Part shown: in pieces, positions 9,093 through 19,248 of the stretch
Position numbering within the stretch: the first letter of the stretch is position 1
Layout of the letters: each line of letters starts with the position of its first letter
From: an uncultured Oscillospiraceae bacterium
GTDB lineage: Bacteria; Bacillota; Clostridia; Oscillospirales; Oscillospiraceae
Assembly (NCBI GenBank): GCA_944385485.1
Contig: CALWXL010000003.1
Coordinates: 9,398 to 73,397 of the forward strand
Reading direction: 5' to 3'
Length of the DNA: 64,000 nt
Notes under the pieces: model-generated
Seen by the model: only the letters and a program-made list of their open reading frames with translations
What the model was told of the DNA's origin: nothing
Databases searched by the model: none
Translations under genes and position numbers: made by a program

Positions 9093-10022
9093 TTATTTCA
9101 ATTCGTCCAGGGTGGGCATGGCGGGGATGGCTCCGCTGCGGGAACAGGTCACCGAGGCCGCCCGGTTGGCCAGGGCCAAAATGGCCTCCAGCTCTGCCAC
9201 CTCCAGCCCCTCCAGCACGCCCTGGGGACGGCGGCTGAGCTGGCTGAGCACCGCTCCGAAGAAGGTGTCTCCGGCGCCGTTGGTGTCCGCCACCTGGGTG
9301 GGAACCCCGGGGACAATGCCGGTGCGGTCACCCATGCGGTAGAACACTCCCTGGGACCCCAGGGTGATGAGCACCAGGGAGATGCCCTTCTCTGCCAACA
9401 CTTGGCTGCAAGTCTGGGGATCGCTGCTGCCCGAGAGCAGCTCCATCTCCTCGTCGGAAATTTTCAGGATGTCTGCGCTGGTCAGGGGACGGCGCATCCA
9501 CTCCACCGCCTCCTCCTGGCTGTTCCACAGCGCAGCCCGGTAGTTGGGGTCGTAGCTGACCACCACCCCGTGAGCCTTGGCCCGCTCCACGGCGTGGAGG
9601 GTGGCAGTGCGGGCGGAGTCGGCAGTGAGGCTCACCGAGCCGAAGTGGACAATCTGGGCCTGGGCCAACAGTGACTCATCCACCTGATCTGCCGTCAGCT
9701 GGGCATCCGCTCCCCGCATGAACTGGAAGGACCGTTCCCCCTGTCCGTTCACCGACACCACCGCCAGGGTGGTGGCTCCCGGCGCGGTGCGCAGGCCCTG
9801 GGTGTTCACTCGGTTCTCCTCCAGCACCTGGGCCAGATAGCTGCCAAATCCGTCCGAGCCCACCATGCCCACAAAGGCGGTGTCCGCCCCCAGGCGGGAG
9901 GCTGCCACCGCCACATTGGCCGGAGCTCCTCCGGGGTTGGCGGCATACATGGGGATGTTCTGCTGGTTGTATCCGGTCTGGGTCAAATCAATGAGAATTT
10001 CACCAATGGTCACAATGCTCAT
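9093..10022 (-). CDS. PfkB-family carbohydrate kinase (probable fructokinase)
   Basis: GGAPANVA, SYDPNYR, DTNGAGDTF motifs; adjacent to sucrose genes; frame intact. Confidence 0.9.
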   Translation of the reverse strand: MSIVTIGEILIDLTQTGYNQQNIPMYAANPGGAPANVAVAASRLGADTAFVGMVGSDGFGSYLAQVLEENRVNTQGLRTAPGATTLAVVSVNGQGERSFQFMRGADAQLTADQVDESLLAQAQIVHFGSVSLTADSARTATLHAVERAKAHGVVVSYDPNYRAALWNSQEEAVEWMRRPLTSADILKISDEEMELLSGSSDPQTCSQVLAEKGISLVLITLGSQGVFYRMGDRTGIVPGVPTQVADTNGAGDTFFGAVLSQLSRRPQGVLEGLEVAELEAILALANRAASVTCSRSGAIPAMPTLDELK

Positions 10023-10046
10023 GGCAATCCCTCTTTCCTATGAGTG

Positions 10047-10060
10047 TGAAATCGTTTTCA
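10047..10060. promoter_or_regulatory. cre/LacI-type operator upstream of the kinase
   Basis: TGAAATCGTTTTCA matches TGWNANCGNTNWCA. It lies just downstream of a minus-strand TTGTAT-17-TATGAT promoter (10071-10099). Confidence 0.65.
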
Positions 10061-10071
10061 CTTTCTTGGAA

Positions 10072-10864
10072 TCATATCACATTTTCCGGTGTGATACAAG
10101 GGCTTCTGCCATTCCAAACCGCTTTTCTCAAGGGATACCAGGTGCCGCGCATGCCCTGGATGCTCAAGGTCAGTGGCCCCTGCAAGAAAAACCGTGTGGT
10201 AAAGACGGTTTTCCCGTCGTCACAAAAGATCTCCAGGCTGGAGTGATCCACAAAGATCCGCACCATTGCTTGGGGTTCCAGGCGGCGGGCATAGCGCACC
10301 GTGCCAAAGTTCAGGGCCAGAGGCTGGCTCATCCCGCTGCGGTCCAGGGTGTACTCCTGGGCATTCCCAGAGAAGCGGACGGCTTCCCCACGGTCATTTT
10401 CCATGGTAAAGGAAAAGTCCTCTTCCACCTGGGCCATCAAACCAGGCGGTGCAGGTGCAGGGCTCCTTGTCCTGGCTGCAAATTCCTGTATAGTACAGCC
10501 GGACTCCGCCCCCGTCCCGCAATGCCATGCCCGTGTAGCATCCAAAGCGATCGAAGGACTGATCCGGTGCCATCCCCACCCCATGGTCCTGGTAGTGGAC
10601 AAAGTCCCGAGTGGTCACATGCCGCCAATATTTCAGCCCGTGTACCGGCCCGGCAGGAAACCATTGATAGAAAATGTGGTGTACACCATGGATCTGGCAC
10701 AGACCGTTGGGGTCGTTGAGCAGACCACAAGGGGGAGCCACGTGCCACCCGGGATAGTAGGGGTCGGTGCGGGTGGTCTGCTGAATCATGGCATAATAAT
10801 CCGCTTCCAGGTCCTCCAGACGGAGATGCCGATTCTGGTGATTGCTGAAATCATAGGTGTGCAT
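10072..10864 (-). pseudogene. scrB: Sucrose-6-phosphate hydrolase (GH32) with large internal deletion and frameshift
   Basis: N-terminal WHVAPPCGLLNDPNG, YQWFP, WRH and FDRFGCYTG in one frame; C-terminal GH32 domain (IFVDHSSLEIF..DG..VFTTRFF) in another. RDP and EC catalytic motifs are absent. Junction near 10430-10440. Confidence 0.85.
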
Positions 10865-10881
10865 GGAACAATCTCCTTTGT

Positions 10882-11853
10882 TTAGTTGGCTGCCGTTTCG
10901 GCGGCTGCGTTCTCCTCTTTCATCTCACGCCGCATCACCAGCCAGGTGCCTGCAAAGCCCACACCAATGGACAGGGCCAGCACCACAATGTAGGGGATCA
11001 TACCGCCCTGGAGGTACAGCAGCATGCCGGGGAACATGGAGGCCCCGGTGCCCTTGGCACACAGGCCCACGATGGCGGCAAAGCCACCGCCCACAGCGCC
11101 GCCCAGACAGCCCATGAAGAAGGGCTTGATGCGGGGGAATGTGAGGCCGTACATCACCGGCTCAGAGATGCCAAACAGGGCGGGAATCACAGAACTCTGG
11201 TAACCGTTGACGTTTAGTGTCAAGGGACCCAGGACAAATTTCAGAGGCTCGGCCAGGCCATTGACCACATCCCATTTGTTGGGTAGGTAGGGGGAGACCA
11301 GCATCAACCCCAGCACGATGCCCATAATGGGAGATCCGCCAAACTTCTTACAGGCCGACCAGGCCACCAGCACCGGGATGAAGGTATAGGCAGTATCGGT
11401 GAGCACGGTGTAAACGGTGTCAAATTCCTTGGAAAAACTGATGCCAAAACCGCTGATGAGCAGGCTGCGCAACCCCATGAGAATACCAGTGGCCAGCAGC
11501 ACCGGAATGATGGGAATGAAGATATCTGAGATCATTTTGGTCACGCTCTGGAAGCTGATCTTCTGGTGGCCCTCCTGGGCCACATGGGCTCCATCGGTCA
11601 GCCCGGTCATCTTCTGTACCTCGGCACAGACTTTGTTCACAAAGCCGGTGCCCAGAATCACCTGGTGCTGTCCGCTTTTGCAGAAGTACCCAGCTGCACC
11701 GGGAATCTCTTTCATGGCCTGCTCGTCCACCAAAGACGCGTCCTTCAGGCCAACACGCAAACGGGTGGCACAGTGGGTGACGCTAACCACATTTTCTTTC
11801 CCGCCAAAGGCGTCCAGAATTGCCCATCCCGTGGAAACAGGATCTTTTTTCAT
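10882..11853 (-). pseudogene. scrA: PTS sucrose-family EIIBC with in-frame internal deletion
   Basis: EIIB HCATRLR is present. EIIC reads YQSSVIPA directly into LFGISEP; in full-length EIIC these motifs are separated by several TM helices. Only about 323 aa. Confidence 0.75.
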
Positions 11854-11921
11854 AACAGAAACCTCCACATGATAACATTACGCAAGGGACCTTTGGGCTG
11901 CCGTGCACTGCATACCCGCAC

Positions 11922-11937
11922 ATCGAACCGATTCGAT
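11922..11937. promoter_or_regulatory. LacI-type palindromic operator (probable ScrR site)
   Basis: ATCGAA-ccga-TTCGAT upstream of the PTS gene, next to a LacI-family gene. Confidence 0.6.
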
Positions 11938-11986
11938 AAAGTCAAGATGTTTCCTTTTCCCCGATTTCAATTCTCCCTTTTTGCGC

Positions 11987-12032
11987 AAAAAGCCCTCCGT
12001 GGTTTGTGTACGATTCACAAACCACGGAGGGC
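11987..12032 (-). terminator. Terminator of the LacI-family gene
   Basis: gccctccgtggtttgtg/cacaaaccacggagggc stem with an A-run on + (T-tail on -). Confidence 0.8.
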
Positions 12033-12053
12033 CAAACCCATACAAATGGAGAC

Positions 12054-12648
12054 TCAGCAGCTCTCCCCCGGCTGGACGGTCACCTCAAAGGTGGGACAGG
12101 TATTTCCTCCGGCCCCGTCCTCCAACAGCTGCAACATCAAATCCACAGCCCCCTCCGCCATGGCCTCCAGGGGCTGAAAGTCATATCCCCGATGCGGGTG
12201 ACATAGGTCCCGTCGATGGCCACCAGGCTCACATCCTGGGGAACCCGAAGCCCCCGGCGCTTGGCCTCCGCCATGCAGGCCAGCACCGCCAAGTCAGTCC
12301 CCACAATCCCATCCACATGGGGACAGCGGCGAAACAGCCGCTGGGCAGCCAGGGCATACTGCTCCTCGGTAAAGGCGTTGTAACCCACCGACACGTCGGT
12401 GACCTCAGCTCCGCTGGCTTCCATGAGCCGGGCGAAGGTCTCGTCCTTCTCCAGCTCGAAGTTGGGCACGGTGTAGGAGCTGACCAGTTGGGCGATGTGC
12501 TTGCGCCCACGAGCTATGAGCAGCTGGGCCATGGCACGCTCAATTTTCTCCCGGGTCTGGGGGAGACATTCCCTTTGTTGTTGCAGACAAGGGAAACGGT
12601 GCTCTTGGAGACTCCCGCTAATTTCGCCACATCGCTGATGCTTGCCAC
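12054..12648 (-). pseudogene. LacI-family repressor (ScrR-like), frameshifted and internally deleted
   Basis: HTH ISDVAKLAGVSKSTVS, then a frameshift in a C-run (~12560). TREKIERAMAQL is fused directly to LIARGRKHIA. A second frameshift (~12178) precedes QPLEAMAEGAVDLM..GESC*. Promoter TTGAAC-17-TATACT at 12680-12708. Confidence 0.85.
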
Positions 12649-13033
12649 AACCCCATTCCCCCTTTTCTGTATTTGTTTTAGTATATCAGAAGCCACAACC
12701 CCGTTCAACAAGGAATCTCCTGAGGCATGACATCCCGCTCCCGGAGTGTATGCGCGCCCACATACAACACGGAAAAGCTTCTTTTCTGAGAACAGCAAAA
12801 GGCCAGGCCAAATCAAACCTGCCATCATCTCTTTTATCCTGCCCGATCCATACGTGGATCAGGCCTCTAATTCTCAGAACATGAGACACCCCCTCATCCT
12901 TTTTCATCCATTCCAGCTTGATTTCCCAGTCGCTGCGGCTTGCCTTTTGACCCATAATCTGCTATCCTGTACACGAGAAAAAGTCATCATTTTCCCCCAC
13001 AGCGGGGATCATGTAGGAACAGGAAGGATCGTG

Positions 13034-13684
13034 ATGCCTTTGATCAAAAAGAGATCGCTGGTAGACCAAGTCTACGAACGGCTGCGCAGTGATATCATCT
13101 CTCTTGCTCTGCCTCTGGGCAGCCGTGTCAATGTCAACGAACTACAGGAATCACTGGGGGTCAGCTGCACTCCCATTCGGGAGGCCATCAACCGCCTGCA
13201 ACAGGAAGGCCTCATTTCCTATGAAAATAATGTGGGGGCCCGGGTGCTCACTCTGGACGACAAAGATGTGGAGGAGATCACACAGCTGTCCACCACCCTT
13301 CACTGTGCGGCAGCTCGGCTGGCCATGATGAACACCGACCACCAGGTGCTGATTCAGGAGTTGGAAGGGTGCATTCAAGCCTTTGCCGACGCCCAAACTT
13401 CTCAGCAGCAGTCTGAGAGCATCCACCAGTTCATGTCTGTGTTCTACGCCCACTGCGGCAACCGCCGCCTGGACAAGAGTATGCTGGCCATTCAAGGCCA
13501 GCAGCTGCTGCTGCGAAACCTGTATGTCCTCTATGGTATGGATCGGGAGGCCACCTTGCAGGATTTGCGCTCCATCCTCTCCGGAGTGGAGCACGATGAC
13601 CCTCAGGTGGTACACCAGGCCCTGAACGTTGCCGCCCAACGGGTGGCACAGGCCGCCTGTCGGGCCCTGGAGCAGTGGAAGTGA
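13034..13684 (+). CDS. GntR (FadR/FCD) family transcriptional regulator
   Basis: SLVDQVYERLR..LGVSCTPIREAINRLQQEGL wHTH; start MPLIKK after AGGAAGG. Confidence 0.88.
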   Translation: MPLIKKRSLVDQVYERLRSDIISLALPLGSRVNVNELQESLGVSCTPIREAINRLQQEGLISYENNVGARVLTLDDKDVEEITQLSTTLHCAAARLAMMNTDHQVLIQELEGCIQAFADAQTSQQQSESIHQFMSVFYAHCGNRRLDKSMLAIQGQQLLLRNLYVLYGMDREATLQDLRSILSGVEHDDPQVVHQALNVAAQRVAQAACRALEQWK

Positions 13685-13841
13685 GGCTTTGGGTTCCTTT
13701 CCCTGTGCCCCTTGTGTCATACGCAGGGTCAATGGGTCCTTTTAATCGCCTTTTTCCGCTCTACTCTTGACTTTTTACCCTCTGGCCCATAAAATACATA
13801 GTTACGATACCTTTATTATCTGAAAAAGGAATGAGAGATTT

Positions 13842-15284
13842 ATGGCACAAGACAAAAGCAAACAGGTCAGCCAGATCACCGATATGGAGGCCGATTTTGC
13901 TCAGTGGTTCACCGATGTGTGCACCAAAGCGGAACTGATTGACTATTCTTCCATCAAGGGTATGTTCATCCTCCGCCCCTATGGCTACGCCATCTGGGAG
14001 AACTTCCAGAAGATTCTGGACGAGAAGTTCAAGGAGACCGGACACGAGAATGTATATCTGCCCATGCTCATCCCCGAGTCCCTGCTCCAGAAGGAGAAGG
14101 ACCACGTGGAGGGCTTCGCCCCCGAGTGCGCCTGGGTCACCTTCGGCGGCAGCGAGGAGCTGGAGGAGCGCTACTGCATCCGCCCCACCTCTGAGACCCT
14201 GTTCTGTGAGCACTACTCCCACATCATCCACTCCCACCGGGACCTGCCCAAGCTGTACAACCAGTGGTGCTCCGTGCTGCGCTGGGAGAAGACCAGCCGT
14301 CCCTTCCTGCGCCACCGGGAATTCTTGTGGCAGGAGGGCCACACCATGCACGCCACCGCCCAGGAGGCCATGGAAGAGACCGAGCGCATGTTCAACATCT
14401 ACGCCGACTTCTGCGAGAACTACCTGGCCATGCCCGTGGTGAAGGGCCGCAAGACCGACAAGGAGAAGTTCTCCGGCGCTGAGGCCACCTACACCGTGGA
14501 GTGCATGATGCACGACAAGAAGGCCCTCCAGGCCGGTACCTCCCACTACTTCGGCGACGGCTTCGCCCGTGCCTTCGGCGTGAGCTTTGCCGGTAAGGAC
14601 AACCAGCTGCACACCCCCTTTGAGACCTCCTGGGGCGTGTCCACCCGTCTCATTGGCGGCGTGATCATGACCCACGGCGACAACAACGGTCTGGTGCTGC
14701 CCCCCCGCATCGCCCCCACCCAGGTCATCGTCATCCCCGTGGCCCAGCACAAGGACGGCGTCATCGAGGCCAACCAGGCCGTGTGCGACCGCCTGAAGGC
14801 CGCCGGCATCCGGGTGAAGATGGACGCCTCCGAGCAGTCCCCCGGCTGGAAGTTTGCCGAGTACGAGATGAAGGGCGTACCCCTGCGTCTGGAGCTGGGC
14901 CCCAAGGATATGGAGAAGAACCAGTGCGTGCTGGCCCGCCGTGACAGCGGCGAGAAGGTGTTTGTCTCCCTGGACAACATCGAAGAGACCGTCAAGGAGC
15001 TGCTGGAGGACATCCAGAACAGCCTCTTTGCCCGCGCCAAGCGCAACCTGGACGAGAACACCTACCCCTGCTCCACCCTGGAGGAGGTCAAGGAGAAGAT
15101 GGCCACCCAGGGCGGCTTTGCCAAGACCATGTGGTGCGGCGACGAAGCGTGCGAACTGAAGATGAAGGAAGTGGCAGGCGTGTCCTCCCGCTGCATCCCT
15201 CTGGAGCAAGAGCACCTGGGCGACGTGTGCCCCGTGTGCGGCAAGCCCGCCAAGCACATGGTGTACTGGGGCGTGGCTTACTAA
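13842..15284 (+). CDS. proS: Proline--tRNA ligase (archaeal/eukaryotic type)
   Basis: [47 protein letters not shown]-terminal Zn site CPVCG and terminal AY. Confidence 0.97.
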   Translation: MAQDKSKQVSQITDMEADFAQWFTDVCTKAELIDYSSIKGMFILRPYGYAIWENFQKILDEKFKETGHENVYLPMLIPESLLQKEKDHVEGFAPECAWVTFGGSEELEERYCIRPTSETLFCEHYSHIIHSHRDLPKLYNQWCSVLRWEKTSRPFLRHREFLWQEGHTMHATAQEAMEETERMFNIYADFCENYLAMPVVKGRKTDKEKFSGAEATYTVECMMHDKKALQAGTSHYFGDGFARAFGVSFAGKDNQLHTPFETSWGVSTRLIGGVIMTHGDNNGLVLPPRIAPTQVIVIPVAQHKDGVIEANQAVCDRLKAAGIRVKMDASEQSPGWKFAEYEMKGVPLRLELGPKDMEKNQCVLARRDSGEKVFVSLDNIEETVKELLEDIQNSLFARAKRNLDENTYPCSTLEEVKEKMATQGGFAKTMWCGDEACELKMKEVAGVSSRCIPLEQEHLGDVCPVCGKPAKHMVYWGVAY

Positions 15285-15305
15285 TCCCCCCTGTTGATAC
15301 CAATT

Positions 15306-15337
15306 CAGGCCCCGACACATGGTGTCGGGGCCTGTTT
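15306..15337 (+). terminator. proS terminator
   Basis: caggccccgacac/gtgtcggggcctg stem plus ttt; repeat A copy 2 starts immediately after. Confidence 0.8.
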
Positions 15338-15603
15338 AGCGTGTCGAAAAAGTTCGACACGCTTCTCAAAAATGCCAGCATTTTTTCGATGAGATGCAGC
15401 CCGCTGCATGCACCCTTGGGTCAAAGGACGACCCAAGGCCACACTGGCGGGCTCCAGAAGAGTTTTTTTCGATGCACATGTCCCCGAAAAAAACGTGATT
15501 TCAATTTATTTTCCCATCTGCGGATGGGAAAACTCTGCCGAGGGCTTTTGTGGGTACAAAACGATTTACTCTTCTTGCATAGGCATCCGTTTTTTTACAG
15601 AAG
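15338..15603 (+). repeat. Structured dispersed repeat family A, copy 2 (MITE-like)
   Basis: Begins AGCGTGTCGAAAAAG; colinear with copies 1 and 3; right end degenerate (ttttttacag). Confidence 0.9.
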
Positions 15604-15615
15604 GAGTGGAACAAC

Positions 15616-16191
15616 GTGAACATCGCCCCCCTTGTCCTGATTTATTTTGTGGCCATGATGGTGGCAGGCAGCATCAGCACATCCTTCACCCGCTACCTGT
15701 ACCGGGCCGCCGGGGTCACCCACGCCCAGGTGCGCCAGGCCTATTTCCCCGGGGCCCGGTGGGAGCTGTACCTGTGGCTGGCCCAGCAGGCGGCCTACTC
15801 CCGGCAGTTTTACACCATGCTCCGGCTGTCCCAGGGGATGGTGGTCCCCATCGCCGTGGCTCCAGTGGGGGCCATTGTGCTGTGTCTGCTCCACCTGGAG
15901 GGCTATGTCTGGATTGTGGCGGTGGTGGCCGTGGCGCTGTCCCTGGCCCTGAGCCTGGCCGCCTGGATCTATGGCCGCCACGTTGAGGCGGACACCCGTG
16001 ATTTCTTTTACGGCATCGGCCCCCACCCCTACATTGAGCAGGCCCAGCGGGAAGGGCGACAGCCCAAAAAGTCCCGCTCCCCCGTCCATGGCCCTCGGCT
16101 GGGCGGGGACACCCCCAATCTCCTGCTCCTGATTCTACCCCTGGTGTTGCCCATGATCCTCGTGCTTTTGCTGTGGCCGCTCATCAGCTAA
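15616..16191 (+). CDS. Hypothetical membrane protein
   Basis: GTG start after AAGGAG; about 4 hydrophobic segments; host-like codon usage; followed by a terminator. Confidence 0.7.
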   Translation: MNIAPLVLIYFVAMMVAGSISTSFTRYLYRAAGVTHAQVRQAYFPGARWELYLWLAQQAAYSRQFYTMLRLSQGMVVPIAVAPVGAIVLCLLHLEGYVWIVAVVAVALSLALSLAAWIYGRHVEADTRDFFYGIGPHPYIEQAQREGRQPKKSRSPVHGPRLGGDTPNLLLLILPLVLPMILVLLLWPLIS

Positions 16192-16205
16192 TGGAATCTC
16201 TGCAG

Positions 16206-16243
16206 CAAGGCCCCGGCCTTCCATAGGGAAGGCCGGGGCCTTG
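16206..16243. terminator. Bidirectional terminator
   Basis: caaggccccggccttcc/ggaaggccggggccttg. Confidence 0.85.
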
Positions 16244-16249
16244 TTCGTG

Positions 16250-17023
16250 TTATCTCAGTTCATCGGGAGAGAAGGACGTGGCGGGAAGCACATCGCTCAA
16301 ACCCACCAGCACCCGGTCCAGCCCGTTATCCCCCCACTGGGGCGCAGATGTCTCCAAGCGATGGGGAGGCAGGCCTTCCCGCAGGGGGATCACCGCCACC
16401 ATGTTTACCCCACGGCCCAGCTTGCTGTCTGCCATGAGCAGACCGCCGTGGAGCTGGGCAATCTGCTGGGCCAGGGCCACACCCAGGCCGCTGTCCTCCT
16501 GGGGCGGCTGCTGAAAGAGGGTGGAGAGTTGCTCCGCATCCAGTCCGGGGCCCTGGTCGGACACGGTGATGCGCACCGACTGGGTGCCCGGCTGCACCGT
16601 CAGCTTCACGGGGGTGGCCGTCTTGGCGGCGTTGGACACCAGTTCCAGCACCAGCTGCTCCAACAAAGCCCCATCTGCCACACCCAGCAGACCGGGCGCC
16701 ACCTCCCAGGTCAGGGAAACCCCTGCCCCAGCCAGCACGCCCTCCAGACGGCGGGCCAAATCCTCCCCCCATCGGGTGATGTCCAAGGGGGCCACATGCA
16801 GCCGCACCTCATCCTCATCGGTGAGCCGTTGGGCCAGCTCCAGCCGACCCACCAGGCGCAGCATCCGGCATACGCTTTGGTTGATGGTGCTCAGATACGC
16901 CTTTCCCTTCTCATCGGTGGCATACCGCTCCAACAGCTGGCTGGCAGCGGTCATCTGGGCCAACTGCATGCGCAGCTGTGCCATATGCGCCCCGGTGGTG
17001 CTCTCCAACATCCATCGTTCCAA
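16250..17023 (-). CDS. Orphan cytoplasmic histidine-kinase-like protein (HATPase_c; degenerate H-box)
   Basis: N-box ELVSNAAK, G1 DQGPGL, G2 SGLGVAL, AQLHGG. No TM or sensor domain. Start codon uncertain. Confidence 0.8.
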   Translation of the reverse strand: MERWMLESTTGAHMAQLRMQLAQMTAASQLLERYATDEKGKAYLSTINQSVCRMLRLVGRLELAQRLTDEDEVRLHVAPLDITRWGEDLARRLEGVLAGAGVSLTWEVAPGLLGVADGALLEQLVLELVSNAAKTATPVKLTVQPGTQSVRITVSDQGPGLDAEQLSTLFQQPPQEDSGLGVALAQQIAQLHGGLLMADSKLGRGVNMVAVIPLREGLPPHRLETSAPQWGDNGLDRVLVGLSDVLPATSFSPDELR

Positions 17024-17163
17024 TCCTCACGCCTCCCTTGCCCATTATCCTATGCAGAGAAGCCATGTTTCTCTCTGGAAAAATCAGGGCCTTTTTATTA
17101 CGACTCATTATACCAGATTTCGACCAGGGCAACAAGCACCCCAAAGAAATTTTCCATTAAATA

Positions 17164-17196
17164 CCAAATCCGTGACGGCGGACCGTCACGGATTGG
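17164..17196 (-). terminator. Terminator after the Mrp gene
   Basis: aatccgtgacgg/ccgtcacggatt. Confidence 0.7.
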
Positions 17197-17204
17197 AACA
17201 TTTG

Positions 17205-18029
17205 TCATTCTGCGTCCAGCTGGGCCGCCACCTGGGCCAAGGGGTTGGGGGTGTAGCCCTCCACGGTGCCCTCGTCCATGGCGTTGGCCAGGGCGGAATC
17301 CAAGGGCAGCTTGGCCAGCACGGGCAGGTTCAGCTCAGCGCCCAGAGCGTCGATGGTGCTGGGGCCAAAGATGGGGTGCTCACCGCCGCAGTCGGGGCAG
17401 CGGAAGAAGCTGTAGTTCTCCACCAGGCCCAGCACGGGGATGTGCATCATCTCGGCCATGCGCACGGCCTTGGTGACGATCATACCCACCAGGGTCTGGG
17501 GTGCGGTGACCACCACCACACCGTCCACGGGCAGGGACTGGAACACAGTCAGGGGCACGTCGCCGGTTCCGGGAGGCATGTCCACAAACAGGTAGTCCAG
17601 CTCGCCCCAGATGACGTCGGTCCAGAACTGCTCCACGGCACCGGCGATGACAGGGCCACGCCAGATGACGGGGTCAGTCTCGTGGTCGGTGAGCAGGTTC
17701 AGGCTCATCATCTTGATGCCGCCGGCGGTCTCCACCGGGAGGATGCCCTCATCGGTGCCCGCTGCACGGCGGTGTATACCAAAGGCGCGGGGGATGGAGG
17801 GGCCGGTGATGTCGGCGTCCAGAATGCCCACCTTCTTGCCCCGGGCGGCCATGGCAGCGGCCAGAGAGCAGGTGACGGTGGACTTGCCCACGCCGCCCTT
17901 GCCGCTGACCACGGCAATCACCTTTTTGATGTGAGAGTGGGCATTGCAGGGCTTGTGAAAATCTTGAGGCTGCTGCCGCTGGCCGCAGTTGGAGCCGCAG
18001 CTGGAGCAGTCATGGGTACATTCGCTCAT
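17205..18029 (-). CDS. Mrp/NBP35 (ApbC) Fe-S cluster carrier ATPase
   Basis: N-terminal CTHDCSSC, SGKGGVGKS, DADITGPS, DMPPGTGD, CPDC. Confidence 0.95.
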   Translation of the reverse strand: MSECTHDCSSCGSNCGQRQQPQDFHKPCNAHSHIKKVIAVVSGKGGVGKSTVTCSLAAAMAARGKKVGILDADITGPSIPRAFGIHRRAAGTDEGILPVETAGGIKMMSLNLLTDHETDPVIWRGPVIAGAVEQFWTDVIWGELDYLFVDMPPGTGDVPLTVFQSLPVDGVVVVTAPQTLVGMIVTKAVRMAEMMHIPVLGLVENYSFFRCPDCGGEHPIFGPSTIDALGAELNLPVLAKLPLDSALANAMDEGTVEGYTPNPLAQVAAQLDAE

Positions 18030-18173
18030 GGAAACATCTCCTTACACATTCTGCCCAAAGGGCAGACTTTTCCTCATGTTCAAAGTAGCTTGGTTATTTT
18101 ACCACAGTTTTTGCACGGTTACAACGGGTGAGAGAAGGAAAACCCCATCATTTTCAGTAGAATACGGATCGGT

Positions 18174-18303
18174 CAACCCCTCAGTCAGCCCTAACGGGCT
18201 GCCAGCTCCCCTTACACAGGGGAGCCTAAAGGCATGCCGCACGCCAAAGCCTCCCTTGTGTAAAGGGAGGTGGCACAGCGTCAGCTGTGACGGAGGGATT
18301 GTC
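18174..18303. repeat. REP-like palindrome pair, family B copy 1
   Basis: caacccctcagtcagc..gctccccttacacaggggagcc + gcctcccttgtgtaaagggaggtggc..gacggagggattg; the same units recur at 53570 and 59521. Confidence 0.9.
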
Positions 18304-18317
18304 TCCCCATTTGGCTA

Positions 18318-19235
18318 TCACCCAATAAACTCGTGGAGCAGCGACTCCTTGGGCACCAATCCCGGCTCGATGGTCTCGAAGAAGTCAAAAGCCCGCACCA
18401 GTTCCAACAGCTCGTGGCGGCGCTGGTTCTCCTCGGGCACCGCCGCCATAAGGGGGCGGGCGTAGCAGGCCATCACCGACACCTCATAGGGCAAGGAGGA
18501 GTCGAAGAGCATGTGGGCGGTGTGTTTATAGGGGGAGATGTATAGCTTTTCCCCCCGGCGCACGTTGGCCCACATGTCCAAAGTGCCCTCAATATCGGTG
18601 CCCCGGAAGTTGAAGTCCCGCACCGCCCGGCGGGTCAGGCGCATCCAGGTACCCTTGAAGCGCAGCACCTCCCCCTCCATCACATTGCTGCGGGCGGAGA
18701 TGTACAGCCGGGTGGCGTTGGGGTGTCCGGCGGTGAGCTTGGTGTTCAGGGCATGGATGCCCTCGAAAATGGCCACCTCATCCTTGCCCAGCTTCAACAG
18801 CTTGGCCTTGCTGTCGTTGCGCATCTGGCGGGCAAACTCAAAGTGGGGCACCAAAATCTCCTCTCCCCGGGTGAGCTGGGCAAAGTGCTGGCTGAGCAGC
18901 TTCAAATCCATCATCTCCGGGGACTCGAAGTCAATCTCACCCTCGGGGGTGCGTGGGGCGGTTTTGGGGTCCCGGCGCACAAAGTAGTCATCCATGGAAA
19001 TGGTGTGGGTGCCCACCCCCCGCCGTTGCAGCTCGGCGGTGATTTTATAGGCGGTGGTGGTCTTTCCCGACCCGGAGGGGCCGGAGAGAAGCACCACTGG
19101 GCTCTTGGTCATGTTTTTACAGATCAAATCTGCGGCCTGCTCCACTTTTTTCTGGTAATCCCGGTCGCATTCTTCCATAAATCCCAACTTATCGGCACGA
19201 ATGGCCTGGTTGATCTTCTCCAGTTGATAGGCCAT
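18318..19235 (-). CDS. Nucleoside (uridine) kinase family protein
   Basis: SGPSGSGKTT, ISMDDYF, DFESP, FEGIHALN, RRAVRDFNFRG; start MAYQLEK after AGGAGG. Confidence 0.9.
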   Translation of the reverse strand: MAYQLEKINQAIRADKLGFMEECDRDYQKKVEQAADLICKNMTKSPVVLLSGPSGSGKTTTAYKITAELQRRGVGTHTISMDDYFVRRDPKTAPRTPEGEIDFESPEMMDLKLLSQHFAQLTRGEEILVPHFEFARQMRNDSKAKLLKLGKDEVAIFEGIHALNTKLTAGHPNATRLYISARSNVMEGEVLRFKGTWMRLTRRAVRDFNFRGTDIEGTLDMWANVRRGEKLYISPYKHTAHMLFDSSLPYEVSVMACYARPLMAAVPEENQRRHELLELVRAFDFFETIEPGLVPKESLLHEFIG

Positions 19236-19248
19236 AACAGAGTCCCTC

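Noticed and set aside
12969-12982. 14-bp match gtacacgagaaaaa with 63006-63019
   Set aside because: A single non-palindromic match, expected by chance in a window this size; the downstream genes are unrelated.
12746-13033. Long N-terminal extensions in the ORF track (GntR here; also antiporter, fetA/B, dtd, the 21855 and 58738 ATPases)
   Set aside because: Downstream starts have clear RBSs and match family N-termini; the extensions run through promoters, repeats or neighbouring genes.
13685-13841. T-box leader for proS (and for the amino acid ABC operon at 6382-6469)
   Set aside because: Leaders are too short, with no GGTGGNACCGCG T-box motif or terminator.
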